Source of the DNA: Atractiella rhizophila
Taxonomy: Eukaryota
Reading direction: 5' to 3'
Length of the DNA stretch: 64,000 nt
Assembly: GCA_021432655.1 (NCBI GenBank)
Contig: MU271260.1
Span: 1 to 64,000 of the forward strand
This document shows positions 9,950 to 23,312 of the stretch, piece by piece (within the stretch, counting starts at the first letter, position 1; each line of letters begins with the position of its first letter). The notes under the pieces are model-generated. The model saw only the letters and a program-made list of their open reading frames with translations. It was not told the origin of the DNA and made no database searches. Both the position numbers and the translations under genes were made by a program.

Positions 9950-12700
9950 AAGTTGAAGCCGTCAAGATTTTCCAAGTCTCCAAGAATGTCAAGAAGACGA
10001 ACGACCAAGGCGTCCGAATCCTCGTTATTGACAACGGCAGCATCTGTACCTTTCCCACACTTTACATGCTCCAAGTCATCATGCTCCAAATTGGAGATCT
10101 CCTCGGTGTTCCCGAGGTAGAAGAGGTTCGACCCTGCGATGTTTTCGATCTCATTTATGGTACTTCTACAGGAGGATGGATTGCCCTCATGCTTGGACGA
10201 TTGGGAATGACCGTTCAAGAATGCATCCGTGCGTGGGAACAGATCGTGCAGCAAGTCTTTTCCGAAGAACTCCAACCACGAAAGGAGGCTGCGTGTACTC
10301 TGCGGAGAGGCTCGAAGCCGTCTTCCACGGCATCATTGCTCGACATGCTTCATCATCTGTGCCGTCGTCCTGTCTTCCTATGAAGGATGACCAGATTGCA
10401 GATCGATGCAGAACATTCATCGTCTCAAGATACGAATCAGATGCCGTCGTTTCGACAGAGATGCGCACGCACGACGTCCCCCATGCAGCTCGCTTTGCTG
10501 CTCAATGTGCTGTGTGGAAGGCAGCAAGAGCAACCTCCTCTGATCCTGACTTCTTCCCTCCTATCGTCATCGACAACACTAACTGTCGCCATGGGAAACA
10601 ATAACCCAGCAGCATTAGCGATTGACGAGTCAAAGAGGATTTGGGGAAAAAGAAGTCAAGCTGCCTGTCTCGTATCTTTGGGGTCAGGCCTTGCTCAGGC
10701 TGTCTCATTGGGTCATAAGATGGCTCAGATTGAGCAGGCTGTGAAGGCCATCGTCGAGGATTGCTCCCGCGTGGCGAAAATGATGATGCAAGAACAACGT
10801 CTGGGTCATCGCTACCATCACTTTTCCGACCATATGGTGGGAAGCATCAAGAGGGAGGAGTGGGAGCGAACTCAGGTCGTGGAAGGCCGTACGAAAGGCG
10901 TATATGGACGCCATGGATCATGAAGCTCGTCCTGCTGCTGACCATCTCGTACAAGGTATGATCCCTCACCTCCCGTTTCGTTACTATGTTGATGTTCTGA
11001 TAGTGTGCAGTGAACGGATTGCAGTTCGTCGAAGGTTTCCGTTACCGCCTCCAGGGTCTTGCTTTGGGCAAGAGGCTGAGATCCAACTTGCGAGAGAAGC
11101 TATCCTTAGTGGCCGTGACGTCGGGATCGTTGGTGGAGCTGGAAATGGAAAATCCACCGTTGGACTCGACACGCTGCACGCAGAGGAGATCAAGCGGGCC
11201 TTCGCAGCGGAAACTCGAGAAGATCTCCGCTTTTGGGTTCGCTGCGACAACTTTGACAACTTTGCCAGGCTTTCAGATCACATTTGCAATTATATCTTTG
11301 CGCTGTCTTAGTCTAGCAAGACCCACTGGAGAATGTGGCCACCTACTTCGGAAGTCGAAAATGTCTTCTTGGTTTGGATAATTTTGAAACTCCTCTACGT
11401 CCTGACAACGACGACAAAGGAGACATCCTTTCGAACCCTTCTTTCAAACAGCTCAGGCGGGTCAGTGCTCGTCGTGGCCCATCGGGGAAATCAAGCAGAA
11501 TCTTTAGGCGTGAAGAAGCTGGCGCCTATGAAGGAGCAGGCGTGAGTGAAGTTTGTCAAGGTCTCAGTTGGACGTTTGCCGAAAGACGGTGCGCTGGAAC
11601 TCTTTGCAGATTCATATCGGCGAGAAGATGCGTTCTCACATCTGCTGGTCAGAAACCTAATTCAATAGCTGGACCTCCATGCTTTGTCCATCAAGCTATT
11701 TGCTCTACGGGCCAATGAGGATCCGAACCATGACACTCGAGGAATTAGTAGGCGAGCGGCAAGAGAAAAAGACTAGCATTTTATGGGATGAGGACAGCAA
11801 AGACGCTATCACCCTCAAAACCTCTATATTGTTCTCCCTCGATTCTCCGGTTCTGTGCAAGGAGGGGGAGGGCGGTTTTTTTTGTGCTTGCCCTCCTGTC
11901 GTGTGTGCCTGGCGGTTTATCCTACCACGATTTGTCAGCACTCCTATCCAGTTCTTATGAGCATAAGGGTATCTTCAAGGTTGTCGGTGTAATTTCGAAA
12001 ATTGGGCTTGCCAATGGCCTCAAAGGCACTCTCCGTATGCTAGCTCCTTTCGTGAATACCTCAACGACCGTGTCTCTCGTTCCAAATCACCATTTTCGAT
12101 GGCTCTTGCTTAATCGTTGCTTCCTCTTTCATATCATCTCATGCAGAAAGCTGAAACAAATATTCAACAGTTTGACGCCCACGAGGATCAGCACGCACTG
12201 TTTCAATCCGATGAACAATACCCAAACCTTGAACATGTCCTGCTAAGGAGCATGTTATGCCTGTCAAACCCTTTACCAATCCTGCGGCATTTGGAAAAGA
12301 CATCAGAGTTTCTACGTCTGAAGCATACGCTCTCAACTTCATTTTTCAACTGGCGACACGTGTAGTGAACACGGCGCTGGGAATGACCCTGTCTCCGCAC
12401 ATCGAGTCTGAACGGTTAAGACTGAGGCGTTTGCTGACAATGTCCCTTGGCAATTGTTTTTATGCCCATGGCGAGAATGAGGATGCTCTGAAGGCATTTG
12501 AAGAGGCAAAGGTGCTCCATATGGAAGTGGAGATCAACAGGGTCAAGCCAACTGCATCTGCAACATTGGGGAGATCAATATTCAATGTGGGTGGAATGAG
12601 GATGCTGTGAAGGTGTTTGAAGAGGCAAAGGTACTTTACACAGAAGTAGGCGATGTATATGGCGAGTATATGGTGAACACATTGCTGCCGTTCAATAGCT
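9950..12700 (+). pseudogene. Patatin + STAND NTPase + TPR NLR-like gene, copy 2 (several frameshifts)
   Basis: GVRILVIDNGS, RPCDVFDLIYGTSTGG, AARATS, GNNNP, LVSLGSG (patatin); P-loop GGAGNGKST; LLGLDNFETP; TPR-like DALKAFEEAK repeats at 12475 and 12594. Probable intron 10956-11003. Confidence 0.88.
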
Positions 12701-12779
12701 GGTGTTCTGCAACATACAATTCATAGAAGGTCACCACCGGCAAGTGGTGCTGCAGGTGTGTAGCGCAGAGATCATTCGA

Positions 12780-13395
12780 AATAAGTATTGTTTACGTGAG
12801 AGATAATAAGGCAAGGATAAAAGCGCTGAGGTCTTCATTTTTTCTGAGAAGAGGTGAATCGAGCGAAAAGATATCGAAGTGGTGAGAGTGAGTGTCTCTT
12901 CGCTATCTTCGTTCCATAAGAGGGTGGTCTTCTTTGCCGCCCGCTCCTCGACCAAAACAGCAAGCGGCTTAGTTGATTCAGCGTTGGCGCGAAGAATGAA
13001 GAGCTTGATGGACAACGCATGATTGTCCAGATTATTGACGATGGTTTTCACTACCTGCTCCCGACCCGATAAATCTCTTCTCCCAGCAGTGTACATATCG
13101 TTGAATATGTCCAGTACGGCAATATCGCTCAAGCCGCCAATTACTAAGACTTGAAATTTTCTCCTGCCAAGTTCACACGTTCCACCTGATAGCCACGTTG
13201 TACTACGACGAGAATGGAACCAGAGGAGCAGTTTCTGGAAGAAGGGATTGCAAGAATGGTTGCAACTTCTTCATGTCCGACCGTGCAGGGGTCTCGAAAT
13301 TACCAAGATGAGGAAGCACTTGTGAGTTCTGAAATATCTCGCTACGGCCGCAAGCTCATCTTCTTCAGGTCGGGGAGCCAATCCAAAAACAAGTA
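12780..13395 (-). pseudogene. NLR-like NTPase-domain fragment, copy 3, inverted
   Basis: Reverse complement aligns at DNA level with ~5540-6340 of copy 1 (LDNHALSIKLFIL...LLWNEDSEETL). Confidence 0.85.
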
Positions 13396-13414
13396 CAATC
13401 CTTGAATGACAATA

Positions 13415-14015
13415 AAGTAGAACGAGTTATTTGCTATATATTCGTCAACTGAAAGACTCCGAAACTAGATATGCAGCTACACAATTAGAATGCCTAGCTG
13501 TAGTTTGGGCTCTGGAGAAGCTGCATCAATATTTGGACGGTGCGGAGTTCGAAGTCATCACGGATTGCATCGCACTCAAAAGCCTTTTAGGCCTAAAGAC
13601 TCCGACGAGACAGATGTTTCGCTGGCACCTGGCAATTCAAGAGTTTCAAGGAAGGATGACAATTGTTCATCGAGAAGGCAAGAAACACTCAAACGTAGAT
13701 AGCCTGTCCCGAAATCCTCTGCCTAATAATGCATCCAACCCAGCTGCTGACTTAGATGACGAGGCAATTCCCCAAATTGCTGCTATATCTGTGTTAGAAC
13801 TGAAAGATGAAGTCTTCGAAGCAATTCATGAAGGATATGCTCAAGATAAACAGCTATATGCATTGTATTCAGCATTGAAAGACGGTATGCACACTTCTAA
13901 AGCAGCTTTACTGTCTACTCTGTCTCCAACTCTATGAAGAGATGCAGAAGACGGGCAGTTCTTTCTCATGGATAATCTGCTTTATAGACAAGACAGCCTA
14001 GACTCCGTTGTGGTA
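13415..14015 (+). mobile_element. Ty3/gypsy pol fragment (RNase H)
   Basis: RQLKDSETRYAATQLECLAVVWALEKLHQYLDGAEFEVITDC, QMFRW...IQEF, HREGKKHSNVDSLSR. Confidence 0.9.
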
Positions 14016-14039
14016 ATTGGAGCCAAACCCACACACACA

Positions 14040-17000
14040 ACGGTGTCCGACTTTTGGGCTGGAAGGAATCATTTGCTCAGAATGTGGTGCCTTTCATTGG
14101 CTTGAGGAACTCATGGCCAGGAGCTCTAAGCAGAAGCCAAAGTTTTCTAACTGTTGTTCTCTGGGAAAGATTATTCTTCCTGCTTATGAAGAACCATCAG
14201 CCGAATACATCAGCTATTAATCAACCCAGATACCCGAGAATCAAAGCAGTTTCGAGAGAATATCCGGTCCTACAATAATGCTCTTTCCTTTACTTCTCTT
14301 GGAGTCAAGTGGTCACCTATTCCTGGGCAAGGAGTTTACTCTTTCTGGATTCAAGGGAAGCTGTGCCATCACATTGGAGCTTTGCTACCTGATTCTGATG
14401 GAGATGAACAGTTCACACAGATCCATATGTTGGATTCTGAAGAGCAGATTTGACAAAGAGTAGACACTGTTGGACAGCACAAACTTAAGGAAGAGACTTT
14501 GAGGAATTTACAAGAAATGATATGGCGAGTCAGTCCCTGGCCAGAAATTTAATAAAACAGCAAGAGAGTGCATGGGGATAATCCGATTTTGAACTTCCAC
14601 CTTCAAACTATTGATCCTACTGATCAGGACCCTCGACGATACAATAGGCCAACAGGTCATGGCATAGGAGAAATTGCAGTGCTTCTCACCGGCGAACAGT
14701 CGGGAGCTAGGGCAGGCATCACAAGGGACATTGTGGTTAAACTTTGACGTCCTATGGTCAGAATGTCTTTGAAAGTGTTATTAACCAGAATGCCAACTAT
14801 CTTCCTCTACAATTCCCACTTTTGTTTCCCAATGGCGAGCGAGGTTGGCACATAGACATCCCCTTAGTCATGGAGATCTGCTTCTACGGGGTCTACGAGA
14901 AGAATATCGAAAAGATGAAGGACGAATAGTTGGTAATATGGGGGAACAGAAACATGTGACTCGATGAACTATTACTCTTATCTGCTTTACCTAAAAAAGG
15001 ACACATTCTCTCTAATTCACCGTGGTGGCTGGCTGCTTCAAGAATTGGTTTGTGACGCTTATGCTCAGATAGAAAGGGGACGATTCAGGTTCCTGAGGTA
15101 CAATCAAGAACTTCTTCGAACTGAGTCTTATGCTGGACTTGGCGATGCATTAGATGGTCAAGATGCCATAGATGTTGGGAAGCAGACCATTCTACCATCG
15201 TCACAAACTGGAAGTCCCCTCCAAATGAACCAGCAATTCCAAGATGCTATATGGCGATTGTCGGGAACTGAGGTTCACCTGCTATCTTCACAATTTTCAC
15301 TTACTATCCACGGTGTCCAGAAGCTCTACTTCCTGGCAAACAGCTGCTGATCGACCAGACTTGGTCTCTAGAGTTTTCAACGCAAAGGTGAAGGCTTACA
15401 TGCAGGACATCAAGGATAACAATTTTTGGACAGTCGGTTGGCTACGTCTGAGTGATTGAATTTTAGAAACGTGGCCCCCCATGCTCACATGCTCATCATC
15501 CTCAATCCTGAAGATACCATCAGGGATGTCAAGGCAACCGACCACATAGTATCTACCGAATTGCCTGACAAGGATACAGACCCTGAATTGTTTGAGATTG
15601 TCTGCCATCATATGCTTCATGGACCCCGTGGAGATATCAACCCATATGATAGATGATCCTGAAAATCCTGGAAGAAAGATATGTGGCAAAGGGTTTCCGA
15701 AGCCATTCGTAGAAGAAACAGGCATCAATGCAGATGCTATCCTCACCTATCATCGCCGTAAACAATGGACGTACCCTTCAGAAATCGCGGAATGGATTCA
15801 TTTACAACAATGGATGGGTCGTACCGTTTAGCGCTTATGTCCTTTGTCAGTTTACAGCTTATATCAATGTGGAACTCTGCATCTCCATCAAATCAGTCGA
15901 AAATCTGTTCAAATACATCTATAAAGGAAAAGATCTGGCACAAGCTGTCCTTCATAGTGCCTGAGGTGATAATAGGGTATTGGATGAGATTCAAGAGTAC
16001 TTGGATGCTACATTCATTGGATCTTCTGAAGGTAAGTGTTTAGAACTACTCTGAGATGATATTAGAGCTTAGTTGATACAATTTACAGCCTGTTACAGGA
16101 TTTTCTATTTTACTTTACGCCAGCATTTTTCCTGTGGTTATTCGCTTGGCAGTACACCTCCTTGATCAGCATTCTGCGACCTTTAATCCTCAGGATGAGT
16201 CCCTGGGTGACATTCTTGGCAGGAACAACATTGCTAAAACAATGTTGACACTGTTGCTCTCGTGAAACGGTAAAGCACTATCTGCAATTCTGTAGGAAAT
16301 ACAAACGCCACCGGGAAGTCCTCAAGGCGATGCTGGCTAAAGGAGGTATCAGAATCACAAGTAACGCCTCGCTGCTCGCCAACCCCGACGCTCTCCCTCC
16401 CCTATGGAAGTTCATCAGGGCTACGGGCAGGTTCTCATGGCATGCTCGCTCTACGGAACGGATCCTTCGTTACAAGAAGGCCAACCACGACGCCAAACGT
16501 TCGGAACAGGCTCGGGAGGGTATAGGCTAATGCCCCCTCTCGAGCCCGAACAAGCTAAGCGTTCTTAGTTCTTTACTTTATGTTTTCAACGTCACTCCAC
16601 ATTTCTTCAATAATTTCTCCTCTTCTGCTTGTACAACAGTGTACTTTATGTGTTATTATTAGTTTTGTTTTGCTTCTTATCTTTCTAAATTGCGTTCTGA
16701 CACTTGGCGGCCACAGATCAGCACATCTCGTCATCACCTCTCATGCTAGGGAGCCTTGACCCTCAAATAGCCATCTCAGGAGTTTATTTTAAAAGGATGC
16801 CATATCTCCGTGAAGAGCCGGGAAGCAGCAGGAAGGGGAGAAGGAGGTAGTTGGGGATGAGAGGAGGCAGAGAATGGTTTCCCGGCGCTTATTACGTTAC
16901 TAAATCACGATGGAGAGCTTCATGACCCATAGGTCGCAAAAAGCTCGTTAATGGATATCATCATCATCATCATCATCAATGTTGACAGAGTTCTTCACCT

Positions 17001-18817
17001 ACTGTTGGGATAATCCCAACATTACTGAAGACCTTACCTATCATAAGGTTCCTCAATTCCTTACCTGGAAGTCAGGCTCATGCTCTTGGAAAATTCAGGA
17101 GAGACAAGAAGCTATTGGCTGTATCTACTATGTTACTCCGTCACAAGGGGAGTTATTCTATCTCTGAATGCTTCTGCATCAGGTCGCCAGTCCAAAATCT
17201 TTTGAGGATGTCCGAAGAGCAGAGGGAACTGTCTATGAGACTTTCAAGGCTACATGTGTGGCTCTTGGGCTGTTAGAAAGTGACAAAGAATGGAGCCAGC
17301 ATGGTAAAGAATGGCTTTGCCATGCGATCTCTATTTGTCTACGCAAACCCAGATGATTATGGGACAGCCATAATGAGCAACTCAGTGATGATTGTAAACA
17401 CCTTCTACTGACAAAATATGGTGTAGACAATCCAACGAACGAACTAATTATCAGCCTCTGTCTCCTGGAGATCTTCTCCAAGCTCATGGTAAATCCCTAA
17501 GTGACTTTGGACTGCCACAACCCGTAGAGCAACTAGAAAGATGGAGAGGTGAGACAAGTGTTATTGGAGAAGAACATGCATATGATCGACTACTACTTCA
17601 TGCATGTATTCAGACAGAGTTACTGTTATTAAATCTGGAGCAATATCATGCTTGCGACACAATTATAGAAGCATGGCAAAGTGGAAATGGTGGATTATTT
17701 TTTATCGATGAGCCAGGAGGGACTGGAAAGACTTTTGTTGAAAACCTATTACTTGCCAGGGTACGTTCAGCAGGGAAAATTGTGCTGGCAGTGGCTTCTT
17801 ACGGTATTGCCACTATTCTGCTGGAAGGTGGACGACCGGCCCATACTCGCTTCTGGATCCGATTGGACATTGAAGCTGGTCCATCTACATTGTTACGGCT
17901 CAAAGTGACCACGGTCGACTTTGCCGAGAGCAGAATTAATAATTTGGGACGAAGTGGGAATGAGTCATCGATGGTGCTTTGAAGCAGTTGACCGAATGCT
18001 GAGAGATATATGTAAAGTGGATGTGCCTTTTGGTGGAGTTATTTTGGTTCTTGGTAGTAAGTGCATCAAGTCAAAGAGTTTATGTCTGATAAATAATCAG
18101 GCGACATGCCACAATGCCTCTCAGTTATTCCCAAAGCTTCATGTGTGCAGATTATCGATGTGTGTGTCATCAACAGTCCCTTTTGGCTAGCAGTTCAAGT
18201 CTTCCTTCTCACTGTAAATATGCGCCTGCTCCATCGTCGGGCCGAAATGAGTACCCGAGACTTTGCTATTGCCTCTGGCTTTGCTGAATGGTTGTTATCA
18301 GTTGGTAATGGTGCAACAGATAACCCGGAAGATTGTGGTCATGGTTCATTGACTATGAAGGACGAAACAATAGTCCGGCGATCCCATGGTCTGGATGGTC
18401 TCCTGAATGACATCTACTCTGGACTGAGCACCATAACATAAGATGTCAACCCAGTTAAGTTGAGGCAATACTTTCAAGAGCGCATGGTCCTTACAGCACT
18501 GAATGTTGATGTTGAGATGATAAATGATCAGCTTATTCGACAATTTGTCTCCAGACAGGAACGTATCTACCTTAGTGCTGACCGATTAATGGAAGACAGT
18601 GAGAACATTCAACAAGGCTTCACAGTTGAATACCTCAATACTCTCAATATGATGGGTCTCCCTCTTCATTGTCTTTTATCTCAAAGTTAGAGCCCCTATC
18701 ACCACCCTAATACAAACCTTAATCCTTCAGCTAGGCTCTGTAATTGTACACGGTTGATCATCACCCAGCTGCTCTCCTGTGTCATTGAGGCTACCATCAT
18801 TATAGGTGGATTCACAG
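14040..18817 (+). mobile_element. Helitron RepHel (HUH Rep + PIF1-like helicase) pseudogene
   Basis: Cys motif CSECGAFHW..CC..GK, PLLFPNGERGWH, ADRPDLVSRVF, PHAHMLI (HUH), FKYIYKG, PGGTGKTF, LIIWDEV, PFGG, NMRL, LCN.TRL. Many stops and frameshifts; introns 16032-16088 and 18057-18100. Confidence 0.95.
16251..16976 (+). mobile_element. 5'-truncated LINE insertion (726 bp) with (ATC)7 tail and 10-11 bp TSD
   Basis: (C)AATGTTGACA at 16240-16250 and 16977-16987; encodes ETVKHYLQFCRKY..R and LWKFIRATGRF, typical of the Tad-like ORF2 C-terminus, followed by a 3' UTR. Confidence 0.92.
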
Positions 18818-21487
18818 TAGGGCTCGACACCGTGCCGACCCGTTGATTTTTTGGGCGAAACGGGGACGGGACGCTTGGCAAGCTTTTCCCGCTGTACTCT
18901 CCATGCACCTCAACGAAATCCAACAAATCGGTATTAAGATTCCAGTTGGAATCAGCTGGATGGCCACAGATCGCGAGGAAACTCGAATTAATACTGGCGG
19001 TCCAAAGATCAAGAGAAATAGCGAATTTGCATTCCAGGGAGGATAAAAGTCATGGGTCAATGCCAGTGTGACAAAATAAAATAAATGTACCTCATAGTAT
19101 TTGATGAGATTATCCCCAAGGTTGTCAAAATAATCCGAAGTTCCACATCGGATCGTCGTTGGAGGGGGAATCTCCAGTCGGGAACCATGGACATAGCTCA
19201 GCAGATCCCTCAACTCCTGGCATTCAACCTCCGTAAAAGGCTGCATGCTGACCGAAACCCAACGCTTGAGGAGGTATTTGAGCCTTTCGGGATCTACCTT
19301 CTGTAATATAATCTATAAGTCCCATGCTTTGCCAATAGCGAATGAAACAAACCTCATTGCCATTTCTTTCGAAGGACAACCCCTTTGCAATCGAATGATT
19401 CCTCATCCATGCTTGAATACTACCCGGAGCTGGCACATCCTCATCCTCAGGCGGCAAATCCCTGCGCAACGACTTGTAGTCTGGAGTCGTCAGTTCCTTT
19501 CTTGCATATCTGATGTTGGCGTCATTCAGGTCCTCGCTGGCCGGAATATTTGCGAGTCGTTGGAGGGCTTTTGTGTCATATTGTCCATGCTTGTTCTGCA
19601 GATGATTGATCAAGGCGTCGGAGTTGTATTTACTTTCGCTCGTCTGGCGAAAGTAGTGGCTGCATCGGCGGCATTGAAAGATACGGTCGCTAGGAACGAC
19701 AGGCCGAGTTCCGAATGCTCCTTTCGGAACGGCGGTATGATCTTCAACATGATGGTAGAAGAACTTGCACGTCGCCTTCCTGCGAGGTTCGTTATTGCGA
19801 GCTCTCTGAGTAACTTGTCAGGGTGAACAAGGAAGTAGCTAAGCATCAGGTACGCACCTTTCTCCGGGATTCTGAACCGAACCCCATTTGCTGCTCGTCA
19901 TCATCAGTTGTTTCCTATTGCAACTTGCTATTAGTCGGACGGTCAAAAAGAATGGTTGACACCTACTTGCACCGCTCCTGGCACCTTTTGTTTCTTCTTC
20001 TTTTTCTGCTCCTTCTTCTTCTGGGCTCTTGTCTTTCCCTTCTGGGTTCCATCTTCCTTTCTTCTCTCCTTCTTCGCATCCGCCGTTGCTTGATTCATCT
20101 CTCTGCCGTCTTCTTCTTCCTCCGTAGCTCCAGCTCCAACTCCGTCTTCCTCTTCCTCCTCGGGCACAAAGTCCAGGTCCTGCTTATCCTCTTCATATTC
20201 CTCCAGCTCGCCCACTTCAATCAGGATCGTTACAATAGTTGCCCCAACTTTATTGAGGTAGCGTAACCGTTCGACCCTCAGTAAAGGGAATGCCGTGTGT
20301 TGCTTTCTGGTCTCGAACCAAAGCTTGACGAACGACGAGATACCTGCCCCGCCGCCAATCCCCGCTGTGTTGAGCTGAGAATGGACGAACTCGTCATCCT
20401 CGTCCAGTGGTTGAGGCTCATCAGCGGTGGTTGGCATTATGAGGGAGAGAAGGTGTAGGGAACTCAGAGCCAACGTCGAGTTGGTGTCCTAGAATGGAAT
20501 GCATGAGGAAACCATTCATACGAGAGCAATGAAACATCTCGGAATAAAAGACTAACCGAAATGTCATTTAGACTCTTGATCAGGGACTGGCTTTCCGAAA
20601 TTAAGTATCTTGTCGCATCATAGCCACTCTGGTTCGCATCTGACATGAGCCTGCAAGTGAATATTAATCTATCAACAAATGTTGATGCCAAAAAAGAGGA
20701 CAAACATTTCATGTAGCTGTTTCTTCTGCGCTCTTTCCGACAGCGATGTTCCATCTTCGTGTTCTTTCGAGCTAGGTTGACTGGCTTTTTAACTCTGTTA
20801 CTCTTTCTACCAGAAGGCTGAAATTGAAGTTTCGGTTGATCCATGACTGTACAGTGACGGCTCTTGGAGCAGAAGTACACCCAGTGGCAGCTTTTGAAGG
20901 ATTGCACCCTCTTTGCAAGGTCCGGGAATACTACATCATACGGGACTGTGTACACACCGACTTGTGAAAAGAAAACGAGTAATACTCATCAGAAATTCCC
21001 TGAAACACATCATAACATGTCCATGACCTGCCGATGCAGCATCATCCTTCTCTTCCACCCTCCTTCCTCCATTTCCACCACCACCCTTCACTTCTTGGTG
21101 CACCTCCATGCTAAGATCCATTGCTTTGGTAGAGCTCGAGAACCTGCGAGCATTGACAGAAGCAAAATTTCGAAATGAGGAAAGGAAGGAAGGGGGTACG
21201 TGATGACAGCCGGGTCATCCTCAGGGTACCTATTCCTGACTCTATCCTCAGCCTCAGCAAGTCATCTGCAGCAAGACACATACCTCAGCCAGCCGTTGAT
21301 ACCCCGTGCACCCGCCCGTGTCACGCGTTCTTTCCAATCGGACGGTGATGATACGGGTCAAACCCGTAAGGTGAAACTGTCCGTAGACAAAAAACAGCAA
21401 GCCACAATGGGGTCAGGTCGGGGTAGCCTTTCGGTACTGTGGGCCGTAGCCGTCAGCCGTTTTCCAACGGGTTGGTGTCGAGCCCTA
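18818..21487 (-). mobile_element. hAT element 1, internally deleted, 14-bp TIRs TAGGGCTCGACACC
   Basis: Perfect TIRs at 18818-18831 and 21474-21487; transposase motifs QPFTEVE..LRDLLSY..IP..TTIR and ISLDLWTAS..SFLAI..H..W.L..LLDFVEVHGEYSG. C-terminal part absent; flanks do not form a TSD. Confidence 0.87.
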
Positions 21488-23312
21488 GATGCCGTGCGAC
21501 TTGAGGTATGTCTTGAACTCATTGCTTGTATATTCGCCACCGTTGTCTGATCTTATCGTTTTGATCTTCAGGCCAGTTTCGAGTTCAACTTTCGCTTTGA
21601 ATTCCTTAGAACGCGGAGAATACATCGGATTTGTACTTCAGTAAGTAAATCCACTTTCTTCTTGTTGCGTCGTCGGTAAAGCTGAGCCAGTATTCAGCCC
21701 CTCCGAACGATTTGACGGGCGCAGGACCCCATACGTCGGTGTGGATCAGTTCGAGCTTCTCGTTTGCGCGTTCAGTGGGGCCGGAGGGGAATGGGAGTTT
21801 GCGTTGTTGACCAAGGAGGCATCCGGTGCACGGTGAGTGGTGGTCCTCATCTCCGATCTCTAGCCCTCTGACCATTCCCTTTTCTTGCAACAGCTTGAGG
21901 CTCCCGCTCCCGATGTGACCTAAACGACAGTGCCAGACATGCAAGGAAGCTGGCTGTGCGGCGCTCGTGAGTTTTGAGCTTGCACTTTCGTTCATGATTA
22001 CTGACACATCCAACCTTCGCAGTCCGCTTTCAGCGACAATTTCAGCGACCACAGTACCATCACCCTTCACCACCTTCCCTTGCCTGTCCGCGGAGAATAC
22101 GACATCGAAACTGCGGGTGTTCAACTTGTCGGTGGAGAGGAGGGCGCAGTCGATTTCGGGGTCATAGAGAGTGTCAGTTATCTCGATTTCTCTTTCTACT
22201 CCTTTGACCTTAGTTAGCACTTTGACAGTGCCGATGCCAATTGCTTGTGTGACAACACCGTGGGATGAGCGGATGCGGCGTGTGTGGGGCTTGAGCGAGG
22301 AGAACCAATTTGCAAAGGGCACGATGTGGTCCGCGGCAGCGGAATCGACATAGATCCCGTCGCGGTGTGTCCCTTCCCCCGTAACCGTGTGGAAAGCCTC
22401 TGAGATTTTGGCTTCTCCAGGCTTCTCTCCTCCCTCTCTCTTCTTCTTGTGGCAATCCCGCTCCAAATGTCCCTCGATGCCACAGTAGTAGCACTTTCCC
22501 CGCTTCTTCTCGCTCTTTGACTTCACTCCGCCACTCCCGCCGTTCGGTTTGGTGAAGTGCTTTCCTCCTCGCCATGTTTTCGTTACTAACGCTTCTGAGG
22601 TAGTCTTTGACTCAGGATCCTACCGTCCGCTTCGAGCAGAAGACGGGAGGCGACGTATGAGGACGTGAAGTCGGAGGTGGCAACAGTGTTAAAGGAGGAG
22701 ACGACCTCAATCCAGGACTGTGGGAGTGAGATGAGTAGGAGCATTGCGATATCATCATCGTCAGTCTTGTCTCCCATCGCTTTCAACTCCTGTCCCATGG
22801 TTCTGATTCGGTTTATGTGCTCCCGCATAGATTCACCTTCAACATAACGCGCCGTGTAAAGCTTCTGGCGGAGCAGTACGCGTGCTTGTCGGTCCTGAGT
22901 CTGGTAGAGCTCCTTGAGCTTGTCCCAGACCTCTTTAGGTTTCTCGACTTCGATGTCCCGGATATCTGTGAGTACATGGTCCTTGCACGCTTCGATGATG
23001 ATTGAGTAGGCTAGGTATGCTCGCTTTGTCCAATCCCTCTGTGACGCTTCGATTTGTGTCGACTCTCGCGACATTCTCCAGTTTCACAGCCTCCGCTCCC
23101 TCGAGACTCGCTGGCTTGGGATGCGTTCCTGCAACGATCCCCCAGCAGTTCCTTCCGAGGAGCTTAGCCTGGACTCGAAAGTACCAGGTATGGAAATTCT
23201 CCTGTCCTTCGAGTTTCACGATAGTCGATGCAGCAATGAAAAAAGATGTGTCATTACCCTCAGACATCCTGGGCTCGTGAAGCGACGGAGAACTTGGCCA
23301 GATATGAACGTA

